Shown here one piece after another: positions 20,015 through 28,319 of a stretch of 64,000 nucleotides of DNA (position 1 is the stretch's first letter; every line of letters starts with the position of its first letter). Origin of the DNA: Minisyncoccota bacterium. Lineage in GTDB: Bacteria; Patescibacteriota; Minisyncoccia; Phycocordibacterales; GWA1-40-21. Under the pieces are notes generated by a model. That model did no database searches. It was not told where the DNA came from and saw nothing but the letters and a program-made list of their open reading frames with translations. Position numbers and translations under genes: made by a program. The stretch lies in contig JBAZRH010000002.1 of NCBI GenBank assembly GCA_041663045.1, forward strand, positions 193,946 through 257,945, in the 5' to 3' direction.

Positions 20015-20421
20015 TTATTGTTAGAGAATCTCTTGATATATTCTCTAACAATACTCTCACAATTAAAAGCGAATCTTAACCCTTCCAACTTCCCCACTGA
20101 GAAGAATTCCCCGCACTGCCCTTCTTTGACCTTTAGATTTCTTAATTTTATTTGATTATCTACTTTTCTAAACATATGTATGTCGTAACCGTCAAAAGGG
20201 AAAACGCCTAAATATTCTGGATCTAAAAGCGTGTAACCTAATTCTTCTTTTATCTCTCTGATTATCGCTTCTTTCGGGGTTTCTCCTTTCTCGATTTGTC
20301 CACCGAAAGTTCCCCAAGTATTTGGATAAGGTATTGCACTTTTATTATCTCTTAACTGTAAGAGAATCTCTCCTTTAGTATTTTCTAATATAAGTCCACA
20401 TTGTGGTCTGTCTTTAGACAT
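20011..20421 (-). CDS. NUDIX hydrolase
   Basis: LLQLRD, GGQIEKGETPKEAIIREIKEELG. Confidence 0.9.
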   Translation of the reverse strand: MSKDRPQCGLILENTKGEILLQLRDNKSAIPYPNTWGTFGGQIEKGETPKEAIIREIKEELGYTLLDPEYLGVFPFDGYDIHMFRKVDNQIKLRNLKVKEGQCGEFFSVGKLEGLRFAFNCESIVREYIKRFSNNN

Positions 20422-20425
20422 TTTG

Positions 20426-20496
20426 TGCGGGCGCCGAGAATCGAACTCGGATCAACACATTGGAAGTGTGTCATTCTACCATTAAACCACGCCCGC
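20426..20496 (-). tRNA. tRNA-Gly(UCC)
   Basis: GCGGGCG acceptor, ACACA-CTTCCAA-TGTGT anticodon arm, GTTCGATTC. Confidence 0.93.
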
Positions 20497-21150
20497 ATTT
20501 TGATGAACCTTGTCTATAAGCGACATTATTCTTCTAAAGAAGAAATTGTTTCCCGCACCTTTTATGGAGATGTGTGCCGTCCCAAAAGGTAATTTACCAT
20601 GATTTTTCTTCTTTTTGTTTGTTCTAGTATCAACAACGCAATTTAAAAAAGAATCTTTTGATAAACCAGTCTCTTTTGACCAAAAACTTATAGCTTTACC
20701 CTGATTCGTATCAGGATATAAATGGATTCTAATAGAAAAATTACTATTTTGCAAATGAAAACACTTTTTAAACCAAGATATAGTAGTTTTGATTATCTTT
20801 GGATCGGAGTTTACAACTCTTACAATATGACTAGTTTTTGCACCTTCCCCGATATAAATACCGATTCCGAGCATAAATAAATCTCTTTTCGTGAATTTTC
20901 CGATATCTTTTGTTGCTAATTTCTCTGCATCTTCAATAGATTTTCTCTTTTTTGCTCTCTGGGCTTCATTCGCCATTAATCTAGCCCTGACTATCTTATC
21001 GGCAGTTTCTTTATTCGGTTTATATGGTATATCAGAAAGCCACTCACTTAAAGTGCTCTTTGAAACTCCAGTTTGTTTTTGAATATAGGAATAAGAATAG
21101 CCAGCTTTTCTAAATTTTATTGCATCAGTACGTAGATAAGCTTTTGTCAT
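20482..21150 (-). CDS. HTH plus LAGLIDADG-like domain protein
   Basis: GYSYSYI..TGVSKSTLSEWL HTH; LGIGIYIGEG; NSDP; stop codon lies inside tRNA-Gly. Confidence 0.65.
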   Translation of the reverse strand: MTKAYLRTDAIKFRKAGYSYSYIQKQTGVSKSTLSEWLSDIPYKPNKETADKIVRARLMANEAQRAKKRKSIEDAEKLATKDIGKFTKRDLFMLGIGIYIGEGAKTSHIVRVVNSDPKIIKTTISWFKKCFHLQNSNFSIRIHLYPDTNQGKAISFWSKETGLSKDSFLNCVVDTRTNKKKKNHGKLPFGTAHISIKGAGNNFFFRRIMSLIDKVHQNAGVV

Positions 21151-21204
21151 AACGAACTCTATTATATAGTACACTAGATACTAATACAAGGTTCGAATAG
21201 TGAA

Positions 21205-21519
21205 TTAAGCCTGAGATTTTTTGCTTACTCTCACCACTTCATCAAAATTATCCTCTTTTTCTATTTTCTTTCTCCTTTCAAAACCACATTTTACGCATTT
21301 ATGTGTAATCACAAATTCCCCTTTTTCAGTCTCTATCTTTATAGGGCACATCATCCCTGCACAAGCCTCCGCCCTATCCCCTGGGTTTACGTCCACATGT
21401 TTACTCCAAAGGCATTTCGAACAATGGTTTGTGTAGCCAGTGCCTTTTACGGTATTTCCGCATTTTTCACAAACAAAGTCCTCCACTTTTTTCTGAAATT
21501 TCTTTGGCTGATTTGTCAT
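21205..21519 (-). CDS. RNHCP-domain protein
   Basis: FVCEKCG..TNHCSKCLWSKHVD..PGDR..C.G.M. Confidence 0.85.
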   Translation of the reverse strand: MTNQPKKFQKKVEDFVCEKCGNTVKGTGYTNHCSKCLWSKHVDVNPGDRAEACAGMMCPIKIETEKGEFVITHKCVKCGFERRKKIEKEDNFDEVVRVSKKSQA

Positions 21520-21520
21520 A

Positions 21521-22228
21521 TTAAATAATCTTCACTATTTTTGCTTTTTCCGCTGATTTTTTAATAATTATCTCATCTCCTGGATTCAAAGGTATCTCTT
21601 CAGCGTGATTGTCCGCATAAGCCATCGCTGGTCCGCGCATTATTTTCACTTTTATTTCTGAATCATCCCTTATCACCATATGGTCAGATTGCTCCGTACT
21701 GTTATTGAAAGCGATTCCAATACCGACTTCAAAGAAGCTGTCTGTGATAGCACGATAGTAGCCCGTAGAACCAAACGGCGTCGATATTGCCACCCCATCT
21801 CCTATTATTTCATGCCCGATTTGCTTACCATTTACAAAGATTTCATATCTTATGGCTTGTCTTGGGTCGCTATTATGGACGATAATTTCATTTAGCCCAA
21901 CAATTCGCCTGTCTTTTGTATTTCCCTCAATTTTTATTTCTTCTTCGGTTCTATATTCCCCTTTCGCGACCTTCTCTAATATCTCTTCATTTGGCAAATG
22001 ATGACCCTTTTTTGTCGTATGGCTTTTCTTCAAAATAAATTTCGGAATTCCAGGAAAGTCTTTCTCACATTTCATAAATGTGCCATCACCCCCGTAGCTT
22101 GCCACGAGATCGATAGATTTTTCGTGGCTTGCGATTATTTCTGTCCCACTTTCAACCACATCAAGACCCACCTTTTCAGCAAGTTTTTCAATTTCTTTTG
22201 TATTCTCGCCGTAGATTAGAATCTTCAT
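21521..22228 (-). CDS. nadK: NAD kinase
   Basis: GGDGT, LNE, GDG..ISTPFGSTGY. Confidence 0.88.
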   Translation of the reverse strand: MKILIYGENTKEIEKLAEKVGLDVVESGTEIIASHEKSIDLVASYGGDGTFMKCEKDFPGIPKFILKKSHTTKKGHHLPNEEILEKVAKGEYRTEEEIKIEGNTKDRRIVGLNEIIVHNSDPRQAIRYEIFVNGKQIGHEIIGDGVAISTPFGSTGYYRAITDSFFEVGIGIAFNNSTEQSDHMVIRDDSEIKVKIMRGPAMAYADNHAEEIPLNPGDEIIIKKSAEKAKIVKII

Positions 22229-22230
22229 TT

Positions 22231-22260
22231 GTCGGGGCGCAGGGATTTGAACCCTGACTA
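22231..22260 (-). repeat. 30 bp exact duplicate of the tRNA-Pro 3' end (matches 22318-22347)
   Basis: gtcggggcgcagggatttgaaccctgacta occurs twice. Confidence 0.9.
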
Positions 22261-22315
22261 TCCGCCTCAGGCGGAGATATTACCTATAATCACACCGATA
22301 CCTTTTCTATCTTTA

Positions 22316-22389
22316 TGGTCGGGGCGCAGGGATTTGAACCCTGACTACATGCTCCCAAAGCATGGATGCTACCGTTACACCACGCCCCG
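22316..22389 (-). tRNA. tRNA-Pro(UGG), CCA encoded
   Basis: CGGGGCG acceptor, CATGC-TTTGGGA-GCATG, GGTTCAAATCC. Confidence 0.93.
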
Positions 22390-22419
22390 ATATTAAAAGA
22401 TATTAGCATAAAAGTTGTA

Positions 22420-22582
22420 ACGAAGCGAGGGATAAAAATTTTTGTTAGGGGTGGCGAGCCTGCCCCTTTTGAAATGCCTTGGGAGCGCGACGGCGCGAGC
22501 ACGAGGAATTTTTTAGCAAGAAAATATCCGTGCATTTCAAAAGGGGCAGGTCGACAGGACCCCGTGAAAATTTTTATCCAGA
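22420..22582. repeat. Nested palindromic intergenic element
   Basis: GGATAAAAATTTT...AAAATTTTTATCC outer stem and CCTGCCCCTTTTGAAATGC...GCATTTCAAAAGGGGCAGG inner stem. Confidence 0.8.
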
Positions 22583-22592
22583 CAAGCCTCTC

Positions 22593-24131
22593 TCACTGTA
22601 CCCAATGCTTCCCTCTTATCTTTTTCACCTCCTTTTCATTTTCTATTTCCTTTTTTTCTTTCCCTTCCTCGCCGATTTTCTTCAATTCTTTTATTGGCAA
22701 CTTCATAAGTTCTTTCGCACGATTTTCCAAATATTCTTCAGTATTGAGTTTTGGATCTTCAAGTACATCTTCGAGAAGTGCATGCAAAACAAAGCCAACT
22801 TTTGGCCCCGGAGCTTCTTTTGTGACTTCCATAAGTCTTCCCCCATCTATTTTCAGCATTCCCACAGAAATCGGGTCTCTAGTCGCCTCTTCTATCATGG
22901 CATGATATTTTCTTAAGCGATACGGATCGGCTTTTGGTCTGCCCATACCTATCCTATCGGCGATTCGCACATTCATCAAATCCCAAATATTATCTTTGCC
23001 TACTTGAGCGATAATCCTTCTCACAGCCGACAAACTTATCTGCTCAGTATCAGAGAAAAACATATGCCATCTGACAAGCTTAACCACTTTTTCAATAACT
23101 TTTTTCGGATATTTTAAATCGGTGAGAATTTTTTCTGTCATTCTCGCGCCGATCACTTCATGCCCATAGAAAGTCCATTTTTCCTTGCCCGCCTCTTTGG
23201 AGGGGCCCTCGGCCCCTGCCCTGCGAGATTTAGGCTTGCCGATATCGTGAAGCAATGCAGATAATCTTATATCCAAAGGCCACTTTTTATCCGCCGTCTC
23301 CTGAAGCGCCCTCAAAGAATGTTCCCAAACATCATAAATATGGGCACCCTTTTGTTCTATGCTGATAGTCTTTTCCAAATCAGGAATAATATATTTCAAA
23401 ATTCCAAATTTTTGGCAGGATTTTATGCCTTCCATTGGCGTATCCGACATTATTATTTTTGTAAATTCATCGCGTATTCTTTCTTTAGAGATTTTTGCAA
23501 GAAGCCCCGATTCTACAAGCAAAGCTTTCTCCGTGGCTTTATCAATTTCAAAACCGACAAAATTTGCAATCCTTACTGCACGCAAAATCCTCAAACCATC
23601 TTCTTGAAATCTTTCATGTGGGTCGCCGACAGTCCTCAAGACTTTTTTCTTCAAATCATCTTGCCCGCCATAATAGTCCTCAATATTTCCTTTATAAAAT
23701 CCTTCCTTACTCCCCTCTTCTGTGATATTCAATGCAATTGCATTTATGGTGAAATCTCTTCTGTGAAGATCATCGTCTAGCTTTTCACTAAAAATAACTG
23801 CATCGGGTCTCCTATTATCTGAATATTCTGCTTCAAGTCTGTATGGAGTGACTTCTATCACCTTCACTGCTTCGTCTACGGTATTTTCATTTACAACACC
23901 AACAGTACCAAAAGTATTTTCATAAAAAGTCTTTGGAAAAGTGGCAATAATCTGTTCCGGCTTTGCATTTGTCGTAATGTCCCAATCTTTTGGAATAATG
24001 CCGAGCAAAATATCTCTCACACATCCGCCTATGAGATACGCCTCAAAACCCGCCTTTTTCAAAGTCTGCGACGCCTCCCAAACCTCCTTTGGTATCGGCC
24101 CGAATTCTGTTTTATTTGAAGTTTTCTTCAT
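22593..24131 (-). CDS. cca: CCA tRNA nucleotidyltransferase / poly(A) polymerase family with HD domain
   Basis: GGCVRD, DWD, RRDFTINA, EDGLRILR, HDIGKP; start placed at MKKTSN. Confidence 0.9.
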   Translation of the reverse strand: MKKTSNKTEFGPIPKEVWEASQTLKKAGFEAYLIGGCVRDILLGIIPKDWDITTNAKPEQIIATFPKTFYENTFGTVGVVNENTVDEAVKVIEVTPYRLEAEYSDNRRPDAVIFSEKLDDDLHRRDFTINAIALNITEEGSKEGFYKGNIEDYYGGQDDLKKKVLRTVGDPHERFQEDGLRILRAVRIANFVGFEIDKATEKALLVESGLLAKISKERIRDEFTKIIMSDTPMEGIKSCQKFGILKYIIPDLEKTISIEQKGAHIYDVWEHSLRALQETADKKWPLDIRLSALLHDIGKPKSRRAGAEGPSKEAGKEKWTFYGHEVIGARMTEKILTDLKYPKKVIEKVVKLVRWHMFFSDTEQISLSAVRRIIAQVGKDNIWDLMNVRIADRIGMGRPKADPYRLRKYHAMIEEATRDPISVGMLKIDGGRLMEVTKEAPGPKVGFVLHALLEDVLEDPKLNTEEYLENRAKELMKLPIKELKKIGEEGKEKKEIENEKEVKKIRGKHWVQ

Positions 24132-24222
24132 TAGATGAATTTTAGCAGATATTTTGATAAAAAGAAAAGCGCACTTCCCGGAGGTCATGCGCGATTGGAG
24201 AATGAAACACATCAGAGGCACT

Positions 24223-24396
24223 TCAGTGTGTTAGGAAGTGAAGGATTGCAATCCCCACAATAAACAGAAACACAATCGAAAATGCTTTGACGTTGTCTCG
24301 GTTGGTCAGGAAGAGATATATTCTCGACTTAAAGAACTCTTCTTCTGCGTGATGCTGTTCGTTCTGTACGTGCGTAAACGGAGGTGTCGGAGGCAT
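24223..24396 (-). CDS. 57 aa single-TM orphan protein (not in ORF track)
   Basis: MPPTPPFTHVQNEQHHAEEEFFKSRIYLFLTNRDNVKAFSIVFLFIVGIAILHFLTH; TTGACA promoter, AAAGGA SD, downstream hairpin plus T-run. Confidence 0.6.
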   Translation of the reverse strand: MPPTPPFTHVQNEQHHAEEEFFKSRIYLFLTNRDNVKAFSIVFLFIVGIAILHFLTH

Positions 24397-24523
24397 TTTG
24401 TCCAGTCCTTTCTTAATGTGCTTTTTTCACAGTGTGATTACTGTAAAAATCATCAACTTTGATAACTAATTAATAATATCAGCCTTTAGACAATATGTCA
24501 AACTAACTCATATTTTTATTTTG

Positions 24524-24595
24524 TGCGCTCGGCAGGACTCGAACCCGCAACAACAGTTCCGAAGACTGTTGTGATATCCATTTCACCACGAGCGC
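24524..24595 (-). tRNA. tRNA-Arg(UCG)
   Basis: GCGCTCG acceptor, ACAGT-CTTCGGA-ACTGT, GGTTCGAGTCC. Confidence 0.92.
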
Positions 24596-24604
24596 AATAT
24601 TAAA

Positions 24605-24809
24605 CTCCCCCATTAGGATTCGGTCACGACTTTTGCTCGGCCGTCGCCATCGCAAAGTCTCGACCCCGACTCGCTTCCAATCCTGCTGGCTTAGGGCCCG
24701 CTCCGTCCTTTAAATCTTTCGCAAGTAAAGACTTTTACTTGCTTTCTAAGATTTAAACCCACAACAACAGTTCCGAAGACTGTTGTGATATCCATTTCAC
24801 CATGGGAGC
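24605..24809 (-). pseudogene. Decayed or interrupted second tRNA-Arg(UCG) carrying a tRNA-associated element
   Basis: 41 nt (24762-24802) identical to the intact copy (24548-24588); T-loop degenerate; 3' acceptor-like strand displaced about 130 nt downstream. Confidence 0.75.
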
Positions 24810-24896
24810 ATTTCATCATAATACGCTAAATTGGCTAAAAATCAAAAAACAATTTTGTTTTTTTATAAAATTGTGTATAATACAAAAAGTAAATTT

Positions 24897-24967
24897 GCGG
24901 GCGTAGTTTAATGGTAGAACTAGTCCTTGCCAAGGATTGGGTTCGGGTCCGATTCCCGACGCCCGCA
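24897..24967 (+). tRNA. tRNA-Gly(GCC)
   Basis: GCGGGCG acceptor, AGTCC-TTGCCAA-GGATT; T-loop reads TCCGATT. Confidence 0.9.
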
Positions 24968-25133
24968 CACATAGCAAAAAAGCGCGTAACTGCGCTTTTT
25001 TGCTATGTGTGCGGGCGCAATGATTTTTATAACATTCACACTAAATCCTTTCACATGAAACACGACTTTCTCTCAAAGACACACCTCCCTACTTCAAAGA
25101 CACATAATGACATGAAAAGCAGATATGAAAATA

Positions 25134-25209
25134 AGTGGATAATTTATAGCTTTTAATATAAGGGTATTTTCACATGAAACTGTGGATAACTATGTGAATA
25201 TGTGTATAA
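25134..25209. promoter_or_regulatory. DnaA boxes (a further perfect box at 26391-26399)
   Basis: TGTGGATAA at 25181, AGTGGATAA at 25134, TGTGTATAA at 25201. Confidence 0.6.
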
Positions 25210-25548
25210 AAGACGACCAATAGAATCTGGCAAATTCGAGCCTTTTAGATGTCTTTTATTAAAAATACGGCTAACTGTGAGGGTAGGACATAAAATACAT
25301 TGTCTGAAATACAATCTGTCCTATATCAAAAACGTTTCTTAGAAACGTTTTAATTTGTCTCGTGTGAAAAGATTAGAATGTGTTAAAGAGACCAAAAACA
25401 CACAAAAATCAATAAAAAATTCAAAAATCTATAATAAACAAGTAAAAATACGTGAAAATCTTGAGTAATTATAAGAATATAATGATTTTTACACGAAATG
25501 AATGTTTTTTTGTGATATTTTGATTAATTATGATATAATTTACTCATA

Positions 25549-26004
25549 TTGAAAGACAAGACAAAAAACAATGAAATAGGGAAATTAGGTGAGGATTTGG
25601 CGTGTAGGTTTCTGGTGAAACACGGTTTTAAGATAATTGATCGAAATTATTGGAAAAAATGGGGGGAAATTGACATAATTTCCCAAAAAGTCAATAAATT
25701 GCATTTTGTAGAGGTAAAAAGTGTTTCCCGTGAAAGTTTACATGGTGTTTCATGTGAAAAGGGTGGCTTTAGACCTAAATCAAATGAATTTGATCGGTCG
25801 AACACCCAATCTGATGGGTGTTTTAGACCGGAAGACAATATGCATCCCTGGAAGCTACAAAGACTATCTAGGACAATTCAAACCTATTTGCTGGAGAAAG
25901 ATGTTTCAGATGAAACAGAGTGGCAATTTAATGTAATTACTGTCTATATTGATATGAAAAGGCGAGTATCAAGGGTTTTTCTGCTGGAAGATGTGATACT
26001 TTAG
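25549..26004 (+). CDS. yraN: YraN/UPF0102 family putative endonuclease
   Basis: GKLGEDLA..FL, NY..KWGEIDII, FVEVK. Confidence 0.88.
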   Translation: MKDKTKNNEIGKLGEDLACRFLVKHGFKIIDRNYWKKWGEIDIISQKVNKLHFVEVKSVSRESLHGVSCEKGGFRPKSNEFDRSNTQSDGCFRPEDNMHPWKLQRLSRTIQTYLLEKDVSDETEWQFNVITVYIDMKRRVSRVFLLEDVIL

Positions 26005-26061
26005 ACATGTTTCACGTGAAAAAACCCAATAAATCAGCCATAATTTGGCTTTTTAAGTATT

Positions 26062-26346
26062 AAAAAACCGCCCCTCTATATACAAGTTCTGAGCGAAATT
26101 GTTTTTGAGATGAGCGGTTGTCGAAAGAGAATTCCCAGTGTTACTACATTCTCGACTCCTAGTCGTCTTTTTTGAGAAAAGATCAAGACAGGTTTTTCGA
26201 GAGGAAAGCTAATGATGTATCACCAAGTAAGCCTTTCTATTGCGGAGTTAGCTAGACTCCCTTAAAGAACGAAGTTAATGCCGGTGGAGAAAGCTTTTGA
26301 GTTGCATTTCTAAAAACTTTTTCCGACGAATAACTTATTTCACCCC
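26062..26346 (-). ncRNA. Candidate ~285 nt non-coding RNA
   Basis: TTTACA-17-TAAAAT promoter (26381-26353), boxA-like GTTCTTTAA, several hairpins, terminator ending GGGGCGGTTTTTT, no substantial ORF. Confidence 0.5.
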
Positions 26347-26494
26347 TCACATATTTTAATCCCTCTTAAAGGACATGTAAAGGACATACCTGTGGATAAC
26401 TCAAAACAAAAATGTCCTTTATAAAAGAGAGGAGCCGTGGCTAATAATAAGAGTATTATTAATTTATGAAAGTTATTGATGATTACAGACTTGG

Positions 26495-27265
26495 TTATTT
26501 TTCTTTTGCAGGTGTAGAAATTTTCCAAATATTTTCAAATTGTAATTTCATCAGGTCGGAAAAATCTTTTGAATGGACGACAAAACCAAATCCTTCTTTT
26601 TCGGAAGAAAGAAAAGCGACTTTGTCTTCATACAGCCAATAACCCATATTCCATGTCATACCAACCGGTGCAAAGCGCAAGTCGCGCAGAGTATCCTCGC
26701 CACTTTTCAAATATGGATATTGCTCGGTATCCAAGACTTTATCACTCGGCCATATCGCACGCAAAAAAATATTTCTTTTTACTCTCTTTTCATTTAAATC
26801 TCTTAAATATTCCGGTCCAAGCACTTTCATCATTTCACTCATTGGCCAAAATAGGACTGTTTCTATATCTCTATTTAGCATTATTGTGTTCAAGACTTGT
26901 CTCATACCCTCCTTTCCTGAATAAAACTTAATCTGTGGCTCTACAAAAGCCACTTTTTGCAATAAAGAGGGAAGCGAGAGCTCAAATTGCTTTTTCTCAT
27001 TCTCCAAAGATTTGATTTTGTCGGCTAGCATTTCCTGAATATTCCGCACATTATCAATCTGAAATACTTTCTTATACTCCTCCTTTCTTTCTGTTACCAA
27101 GCCGTGTTTTATCAATATTTTAAGATGATCATACACAGATGGGCGGGGAATACCCACTCTATCTGCCAATTTACTAGCAGGCGTCGCTCCATTTGCCACC
27201 AAGTCATTGAAGACTTTTTGTGTGATTTCAGACAAACCAAGTTCTTGAAATACTTTTGTAAACAT
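26495..27265 (-). CDS. TrmB-family transcriptional regulator
   Basis: LGLSE.., GIPRPSVYDHL, PQIKFYSGKEG, YEDKVAFLS. Confidence 0.85.
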   Translation of the reverse strand: MFTKVFQELGLSEITQKVFNDLVANGATPASKLADRVGIPRPSVYDHLKILIKHGLVTERKEEYKKVFQIDNVRNIQEMLADKIKSLENEKKQFELSLPSLLQKVAFVEPQIKFYSGKEGMRQVLNTIMLNRDIETVLFWPMSEMMKVLGPEYLRDLNEKRVKRNIFLRAIWPSDKVLDTEQYPYLKSGEDTLRDLRFAPVGMTWNMGYWLYEDKVAFLSSEKEGFGFVVHSKDFSDLMKLQFENIWKISTPAKEK

Positions 27266-27434
27266 TTCTTTAACTTTATTATATGTCTAATTATATACCT
27301 CTATTTATCTTTGTCGAGATTCGACGACAGCTTTACATTACTAGACAAAGGTGCTATATTGTTGTCAGATGATTAAGGTAGTAGGAATTCAAACGAATTT
27401 CGCCTTGATTATAGGTCTTTGAAAGGAAGTGAGT

Positions 27435-27863
27435 ATGAATTATGGAATGATCGCGATCATACTGTTCGTCATTCTGTGCCCGTGCATTAGCTACATTATT
27501 ATAAAGAATAAGATGCATATCTGGGACGGCGGATTGATGCTGGTTATAAAAGATGGTGAAGACAAACAGACTATAGTCCCATTGAATTGTAATAAATTCA
27601 ATGAAGTGGACTTGAAGAAAGAGACGGTGGTATTGGGTTTGTTTATTCCAGGTGGAGATAGCCACTACATTCCGAGTGTACTGTTTCGTGACATTAAAGT
27701 CACATTTGAACTGAACGATGGACTATTCTGTTATTCAGTTGAGAACACAGACGCCGGATTATATCTCATGCTTCATAAGCCAATGGATCATAGATATCGA
27801 ACAGTAGCTCTTGATGTGTGGCGGATGGATTATTCGGTTACCATTCTGTTCAATCGGAGATAG
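27435..27863 (+). CDS. Hypothetical protein with N-terminal TM anchor
   Basis: GTCTTTGAAAGGAAG leader; hydrophobic N-terminus. Confidence 0.7.
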   Translation: MNYGMIAIILFVILCPCISYIIIKNKMHIWDGGLMLVIKDGEDKQTIVPLNCNKFNEVDLKKETVVLGLFIPGGDSHYIPSVLFRDIKVTFELNDGLFCYSVENTDAGLYLMLHKPMDHRYRTVALDVWRMDYSVTILFNRR

Positions 27864-27894
27864 GGCGAAACTCTTGGGGAAAGACTTCAAATTT

Positions 27895-27993
27895 CCCCTT
27901 CTTATCAAACTCATCACTAAAACAAAAAGTGGTAAGTTTGTAGGAAGATATAGGGTCTTCTTAAACAGGTTCTTTGAGAAAGGGAAAAACATG
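27895..27993 (+). repeat. Conserved ~100 nt structured spacer/leader, copy 1
   Basis: CCCTTCTTATCAAACTCATCACT..AGTGGTAAGTTTGTAGGAA..GTTCTTTGAGAAAGGG..ATG. Confidence 0.88.
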
Positions 27994-28170
27994 AATATGT
28001 ATTTTGTTTTACCTGGTTTGGTTACCTTCATTCCCGGGCTTCTCATTTCTGTGGGCGCTTTGGGCGATCCTTCGAATAAGAAAATAGGTTTGGTCGGAAT
28101 TGTTCTAGTTCTGGTTGGGGTATCACTTGCCTCAATTGGCTCTGCATCATCTACAATGATATTAAAGTAG
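27991..28170 (+). CDS. 59 aa two-TM small protein
   Basis: ATG directly follows the conserved leader; MNMYFVLPGLV... Confidence 0.6.
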   Translation: MNMYFVLPGLVTFIPGLLISVGALGDPSNKKIGLVGIVLVLVGVSLASIGSASSTMILK

Positions 28171-28220
28171 TTGACTGCAGTACTTCGGGCAACCGCTTCG
28201 CCCCACAAGCGAAACGGTTG

Positions 28221-28319
28221 CCCTTCTTATCAAATTCATCACTAACAAAAATGTGGTGAGTTTGTAGGAAGGCAAAACGCTTTTCTAAACGAGTTCTTTG
28301 AGAAAAGGAGAAAGTTATG
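28221..28319 (+). repeat. Conserved ~100 nt structured spacer/leader, copy 2
   Basis: Aligns with 27895-27993. Confidence 0.88.

Larger units (their letters stand above)
25047..26023. promoter_or_regulatory. Cluster of about 7 parS-like sites
   Basis: Matches to TGTTTCACGTGAAACA at 25047, 25166, 25607, 25722, 25746, 25902, 26008. Confidence 0.75.

Noticed and set aside
22290-22916. ORFs spanning tRNA-Pro and the palindrome, and similar ORFs at 24911, 50496, 50539, 55523 and 57106
   Set aside because: They overlap tRNAs and GC-rich repeats that lack stops by chance.
24605-24809. Group I or canonical tRNA intron
   Set aside because: The insert is far too short for a group I core, is not in the anticodon loop, and the joined T and acceptor stems would pair poorly.
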